In this document: positions 59,011-64,000 of the stretch, in pieces
Layout of the letters: each line of letters begins with the position of its first letter
Numbering within the stretch: the stretch's first letter is position 1
NCBI GenBank assembly: GCA_030167865.1
Contig: JALAGF010001205.1
Location: forward strand, 1-64,000
DNA from: Craspedostauros australis
Taxonomy: Eukaryota
Length of the DNA: 64,000 nucleotides
Direction of reading: 5' to 3'
The notes under the pieces: generated by a model
The model's database searches: none
What the model was told of the DNA's origin: nothing
Seen by the model: only the letters and a program-made list of their open reading frames with translations
Translations under genes and position numbers: made by a program

Positions 59011-62000
59011 TTACTCCCATTGCTCGTATGTGATGATGTTGAGGGTCGGGACGAAGAGATCCTTCGACGGCGTCACGTTGGTCTTCATGGCCTCGATGCG
59101 CTGTCCGCTCGTGGCGATGGATCGGAACCAATGGCTGAGCGTGGCCAGAGCGTCGCAGCCCAGGTACTGCATCATCTCGGTGATGCTGTCGTCACTGGCA
59201 TGCGCGATCTGCATGAGGGTGGCGAAGCATTCCGGCGTGTTGGTCATGGGGATGAGGTTGGCGGGTTCATCCGTGAGGTTCTTGAGGGCGTGGATCGCGG
59301 CCAGACGTTCCTCGGGATCCAGCGATTGACGAGCTCTCACGCACAGAGCTGTCAGGAGGTTGGGGATGACGGCGAGCTCCTGTCGGCACGGCTTGTCCTG
59401 CGTGAGATTCTGCAGGGCGAAGCAGGCGTACTTGCGGCTGTCATCCGAGTTGGAGAAGGTGGCGTTGACGAAGACCGGGACGACGCTCTTGAGATTGAAC
59501 ACGATCTCCTTGGAATTGGCACGGTGCCGCGTGAGATGCGCGAGGAGACGGATGGCGAGGGTGTGGGAGTCGCCGCCATGGAGCTTGGAGATCTGGACCA
59601 GCGCCTCGACAAGGCAGAGGTGTCGCGTGAGGTGGTACGCGTTGTCCTTCTCCTTGACGAGGTGGCTCAGCAGGGCGAAGACGTTGGTGCGTGCACCACG
59701 GAGAAAGACGTTGGGGTCGTTTTCATAACGCTTGACCATGTCGCGGATGGTTTCGTCCACGCCGCCCTGCTCGGAGAAGGAGAGGGCCTTGTCCATCTCG
59801 CTGTCGCTGTCACTGTCGCTGGCCTTGCTTTCGGCGTAGGTTGACATCATGGAAAGCGTGGCGCTGGGGCTGTCCTTCTCTTGGTCTCCGTACGTATCGG
59901 ACGACAGCAGGGTGCTTTCATCGTCGCTCCAAGTGGACGATTGACCGTGACTAGTGGCCCTGGCCCTGCCGGAAGCACCGCGTCTGTGATTGCGGTCGAC
60001 GATCATGATGTCACGACGCGGCGGCTGGATGACGCAAGTGATGGCCTTGATGAGACCCGGCACCTGCACCATGAGCAAACGGTTGTCGACGGTCTTGGCG
60101 AGGTAGGCCAGCACGGCGCACGATCCGCGGCACGATTCCTGGTCGTCGTTCTCGATGGTGCCCACGAGCGCCGGAACGAGGCCTGGGGAATGGAACAGCG
60201 GCAGTCGGTTCTCCTTGGGCGTGGAGAGGTTGAGGAGGGAGGCGATGGCACGCTTGCGGGCCTCGACGTACTCGTTGCGCGTGGGCTTGTCGGTCTCGGG
60301 GATCTCGAGGTCGTCGTTGAGGACCGACGTGAGGGCCGGCAGGACGCCCACCGTCCAGCAGATGGAGATGCGCTTCTGCGCCTTGGCGGTGAGGACCTGC
60401 AAGGCTCCGCAGGCGTTCTTGCGGCGCACCATGTAGCCACGTGTCAATTTGCCATCCTCCGGCGACGCGATGGCAGCGAGCAAGTCTGTGAGCGTCTTGG
60501 AGGGATCCTTCATCTTCATGGCCATGGCCTCGACGCGCTGCTCCGTCGTGGTGCTGATGAGCGGCTTCTCGATGGGACCTCTGGGAGCGGCATGCTGGTT
60601 GCGCACCGTGGACATGGCGGAGGTGCCGATGGTGAGGCTGCTGCGCACGCTGTAGGCGTCGTCATCGTCCGATCTCTTGGGTGGCTGGAAGGCGCTGAGG
60701 GGCTCGGTGTGCATCGTGGTGTGAGAATCCGACGCAAACAGGTCCCCGTTGCCGGAGACGTTGGCACGTGGTGTCGTGCGCACGGACTGGCCGTCCCCGG
60801 CCATGCTGTTGGCAGCGCTGCCTCCGACTGCCGTCTTGCTCCTGGAGTTGAGGAGCGAGAGCACGGCGGCCGTGGCGTTGTGGTGGAAGACCTCGCTGCG
60901 ATTGAGGATGCTGGGCACGCTGACCTCGCTCGCGGCCTTTTCGGAATGCTCCGCCTCGGCCTCCCTTTGTTCGGCCGTCGGCTGGTGGTAGCGCCGGTTG
61001 GTGGACGTGCCCACGGAGAACTCGTCCTTCGCCTTTTGTCGCAGGGCATCCAGCTCGCTGATGGGGGCCTCGACCACTGCCGGCTCGTGGTCATCCAGCA
61101 CAGCGGAGGAGGCCTGGCTGGCTTCGGCATCGTCGACCGGAACCCTCCCGACGAGCTTCGCAGCGGCTCCGCCGGGAGTGCGCTGCCTGTTGCCTCTGAG
61201 CCTTCGCAGAGATCGCAACGCGGTGGATGAAGCCATCGTCGTGGATGTCACGGCACTTCCGCTGGCGGAGACGACGCTGGCGTTGGGGCTGCCAATCACG
61301 CTCCCATTGGCGTTGGCGTTGCTATTGGTATCGTCGCCATTGTTGTTCATGTTGTTGCCATATGTGCTGCCGTAGGTGCTGCCAGTCTGGCTTGCTGTTG
61401 CTGGTGCAATTGCGGCACCATCAGCATCATTCTTTTCCTCGTTTTCATTGGGCTGATCCCCATCGGTGGATGGCTGCGGCGAGGTGGGCATCTGAGGCTT
61501 CCAGATGGAGCTGGCCTTCGTACGATCCGGCGCCAAGGACCGGGTCTCGAAATCCTCGACTTTGCCAAAGCTGCCTGCGGTCGGCGAGCTCCCATCCAGA
61601 GACATGCCGCTGCTCCGTCGATTGGCCAAAAGACGATTGGCAACGCGTGATGTCTTCGATAGATTCGATTGCGACGAGGACACCCCGGGTTCTTCCGCGA
61701 TGTCGGGCACCATGGATCGTAGCGCTGCGTCGCCGCTGTTGCTGGCGTTGACGCGCAACGATGCAAATCGCGACAGCAGAACATCGCTCGCGGCCGCAAC
61801 CCTGGCCGTCTCGGAGGCTGCACCTCCGAACGCGCTGGAGGCAATGTCCGACACTTCCTCCTGCTCCTTCAGGTTGGTGCTCTTGATCATCATGGGCGGC
61901 AAGCTCGAGACGGTTTCGGTTGCCGTGTCATAGTCGTCCTCATCCTCATCGTCTATCTGACGCGGAACATCGTTCTTCTGATCATCCTCATTCATGTTGC

Positions 62001-62157
62001 CGGTGTCGTTGTTGCCGATATCCTTGTTGCTGGTTTCAGTTGTCTGCTTTAATGGACCACCACCAGCAGCTCCGTCATCGACCTTGGCATCCACAGGGTC
62101 GTCGCTCTTCGTCGCTTCCTCCTTGCTGTTGCTGCCGTTCTCTGAGTCGGTGTTCAT
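59011..62157 (-). CDS. Armadillo-like repeat protein (1048 aa), paralog of the 52600-58344 protein
   Basis: RRKNACGALQVLT, AIASLLNLS, ACFALQNLT, LKNLTDEPANLIPMTNT and GCDALATL parallel the neighbour's motifs in the same order. Confidence 0.85.
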   Translation of the reverse strand: MNTDSENGSNSKEEATKSDDPVDAKVDDGAAGGGPLKQTTETSNKDIGNNDTGNMNEDDQKNDVPRQIDDEDEDDYDTATETVSSLPPMMIKSTNLKEQEEVSDIASSAFGGAASETARVAAASDVLLSRFASLRVNASNSGDAALRSMVPDIAEEPGVSSSQSNLSKTSRVANRLLANRRSSGMSLDGSSPTAGSFGKVEDFETRSLAPDRTKASSIWKPQMPTSPQPSTDGDQPNENEEKNDADGAAIAPATASQTGSTYGSTYGNNMNNNGDDTNSNANANGSVIGSPNASVVSASGSAVTSTTMASSTALRSLRRLRGNRQRTPGGAAAKLVGRVPVDDAEASQASSAVLDDHEPAVVEAPISELDALRQKAKDEFSVGTSTNRRYHQPTAEQREAEAEHSEKAASEVSVPSILNRSEVFHHNATAAVLSLLNSRSKTAVGGSAANSMAGDGQSVRTTPRANVSGNGDLFASDSHTTMHTEPLSAFQPPKRSDDDDAYSVRSSLTIGTSAMSTVRNQHAAPRGPIEKPLISTTTEQRVEAMAMKMKDPSKTLTDLLAAIASPEDGKLTRGYMVRRKNACGALQVLTAKAQKRISICWTVGVLPALTSVLNDDLEIPETDKPTRNEYVEARKRAIASLLNLSTPKENRLPLFHSPGLVPALVGTIENDDQESCRGSCAVLAYLAKTVDNRLLMVQVPGLIKAITCVIQPPRRDIMIVDRNHRRGASGRARATSHGQSSTWSDDESTLLSSDTYGDQEKDSPSATLSMMSTYAESKASDSDSDSEMDKALSFSEQGGVDETIRDMVKRYENDPNVFLRGARTNVFALLSHLVKEKDNAYHLTRHLCLVEALVQISKLHGGDSHTLAIRLLAHLTRHRANSKEIVFNLKSVVPVFVNATFSNSDDSRKYACFALQNLTQDKPCRQELAVIPNLLTALCVRARQSLDPEERLAAIHALKNLTDEPANLIPMTNTPECFATLMQIAHASDDSITEMMQYLGCDALATLSHWFRSIATSGQRIEAMKTNVTPSKDLFVPTLNIITYEQWE

Positions 62158-62889
62158 GATGACAACAGTTGATCGCTTGCCCTGAATCTCACTCCCGTGG
62201 ACCAGTCAATCGATCGATCTTCTGACTTTTCGATGATCAACCCTGCACACTTTTGCACTCCAACAGAGTCGTGCGAACAATCGTATTGTAACTCTGACTT
62301 TGGTCTTTCTGACCCTTGCTCACTTGTTCACTCTTACGACCCTCTTTGTTGTCTCTTGGAACAAGTCTGTTCAGTTCAGTTCGATTGAACTGGATTGGAT
62401 TGGATTGGATGGAACTGCGTGTGGCTGACCCAAAATGGTCCAACAATCGCGATGGCGACGTCGCCCAAACTTTTGACGAATGATCCCAACAGACATCAAC
62501 CTCGCCTATTTCCCTTCGCTCGTGTAAACCCATTATTTTGTTCCTTGTGGCGATGTTTTGGCGAGGGTCGGCCGTCTCGCTATCCTCCATCATTGGCACA
62601 CGAACACGATTCGATCTCGTTTCCGCGATATTTCGTTCGCATGGATCGACACTATCAGGTCGTCGTAGTCGATAAATGACTCGCACGAACACAACCCACA
62701 ACCCCAAGATTCGCAAAAAGACATCACCACAGAACTGCCCAAAGACAGCTCGTGTTTTTTCGTCTGCTTCTGCGAAGATACGCTGCACCATGGCGACCAC
62801 AACAACGGTTCTGTTTGGGATCGTCGGAAAGCAACATCCATCACATCAACACAGCGGAGAGGAGACAACCGAGGGATGGATTCTCGTTC

Positions 62890-64000
62890 ATGGACGACAT
62901 CCTGGATGAGAATGTACCGATAACGCGGCGTGATCTGCTCTCCTCTATACACAATACACGTATCAACACGTACCAACACGCATCAACACGCATCGACATG
63001 CCTTCCGAACGCAAGAGCGAGATCGGGGAGGGCAGCGAGGCCACAGCCACCACATCCAGCCTGACGCTGCACGACTACTTGTCGCTGGGTGAGGTGCATC
63101 GTGGCTTGCAGGACTCCAACCACAAGGAGTCGGAGGAGATACAGAGGCTTCCATACCTCCTTCGACTCCTGTCCGCGACGCGATCGCACGACAGCGCCAC
63201 GAACGAGAACACGCACGACGGCAAGCAGCTGCTGCGGGACACTGTGGAGTCGTTGGAACAGGTCGCGGCGACGCATTCCGAGGCCGAAGCCGTGGAGGTG
63301 GTGGCATGTTACCTGGCGCCGCACGTCACGAAGAGGATATCTCGGTTACCGCGCGTCAAAGGCAAGACCAGCAAGGACAGCGCCGTTTGGTACGCATCGC
63401 AGCTCAAGGATGCTGCCAAGAATCCCGTATCGTCATCGAAGGACGCCTCGAAGGGCAAGAGCAAGCGGCAGAGGTTGGAGCAGGACGGTGGTGGCGGTGG
63501 TAGTGGTGGTGGTGGTAGTGGTGGCAGCCATGGCAAGGTTCAGTCGCATTCTACGGACGCAGGAAAGCAACCGTCGGCGGGGTCCAACGCAGGAGACAAC
63601 GACCATGGCGACTACAACGATAACGACAATGATCATGACAATGACGATGATTACGACGCATCATCGACGGGTGGTGAAAGCGATGGCGAGAATCAAGATT
63701 CGACCAACGCCGACGAGAAGGGTGCCGGATCACAAGCGGACAAAGGCAAGAGCCGCGCTCAAAAGGCATCCGCCAAGCGCAAGAGGCGTCGCTCAGAGTC
63801 CAGGACGGACAGCGGCGAAGCACAGGATTCCAAGGAGTCCATCGTCATCAAGACGCTGTCGGACCTGGCGAGCTTGGTGGCCAGTGCTCTCGCAAACGCA
63901 GACTCGATCAGCGCCCACAAGGATGGATCGTACTCGATCACGATGGAGGACTCCGTGCTTGCTGAATCATCCTCGGCTGATGCGGGCGACGGCACGGATG
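62890..64000 (+). CDS. Hypothetical protein, 3'-truncated by the window edge
   Basis: Frame is open from ATG 62890 (or ATG 62998, MPSERKSEIG...LHDYLSLGEVHRGL) to base 64000 without a stop; absent from the ORF track because it has no stop codon. Confidence 0.75.
   Translation, partial: MDDILDENVPITRRDLLSSIHNTRINTYQHASTRIDMPSERKSEIGEGSEATATTSSLTLHDYLSLGEVHRGLQDSNHKESEEIQRLPYLLRLLSATRSHDSATNENTHDGKQLLRDTVESLEQVAATHSEAEAVEVVACYLAPHVTKRISRLPRVKGKTSKDSAVWYASQLKDAAKNPVSSSKDASKGKSKRQRLEQDGGGGGSGGGGSGGSHGKVQSHSTDAGKQPSAGSNAGDNDHGDYNDNDNDHDNDDDYDASSTGGESDGENQDSTNADEKGAGSQADKGKSRAQKASAKRKRRRSESRTDSGEAQDSKESIVIKTLSDLASLVASALANADSISAHKDGSYSITMEDSVLAESSSADAGDGTD

Noticed and set aside
59881-61230. 449-aa plus-strand ORF, and similar long antisense ORFs at 25222-26517, 55473-56774 and 21215-22186
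   Set aside because: Antisense shadows of well-supported genes; no motifs.

Overview
Eukaryotic genomic DNA, most likely a diatom: GT-AG introns, bipartite plastid presequences of the ASAFAP type, and a diatom-type zeaxanthin epoxidase. The window has three zones. (1) 1-~10.4 kb is a CpG-poor, decayed transposon zone. It holds an intact two-exon orphan gene, a 3.4-kb TIR-bounded element with a disrupted Sola3-like DDD transposase flanked on both sides by a 31-bp palindromic repeat array, and an intron-containing PIF/Harbinger transposase with one nonsense codon. (2) ~10.5-38.3 kb and 49-64 kb are gene-dense host DNA: a SET-like/TPR/2OG-Fe(II) oxygenase fusion, DnaJ, a polyQ orphan, MOCS2A, ADPRM, CSP41, ZEP, a plastid-presequence two-pore K+ channel, a second 2OG-oxygenase-like gene, a TTI1-like gene, NAD kinase, RPB7, an FKBP, two convergent paralogous ARM-repeat proteins, and a gene running off the right edge. 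(3) 38868-47723 is an 8.86-kb Tc1/mariner element with 54-bp TIRs and a TA duplication. It encodes an ~850-codon DD38D transposase frame with one nonsense codon, plus a ~1220-codon cargo frame broken only by four in-frame TGA codons. All product calls come from motif recognition by eye; no database searches were run.
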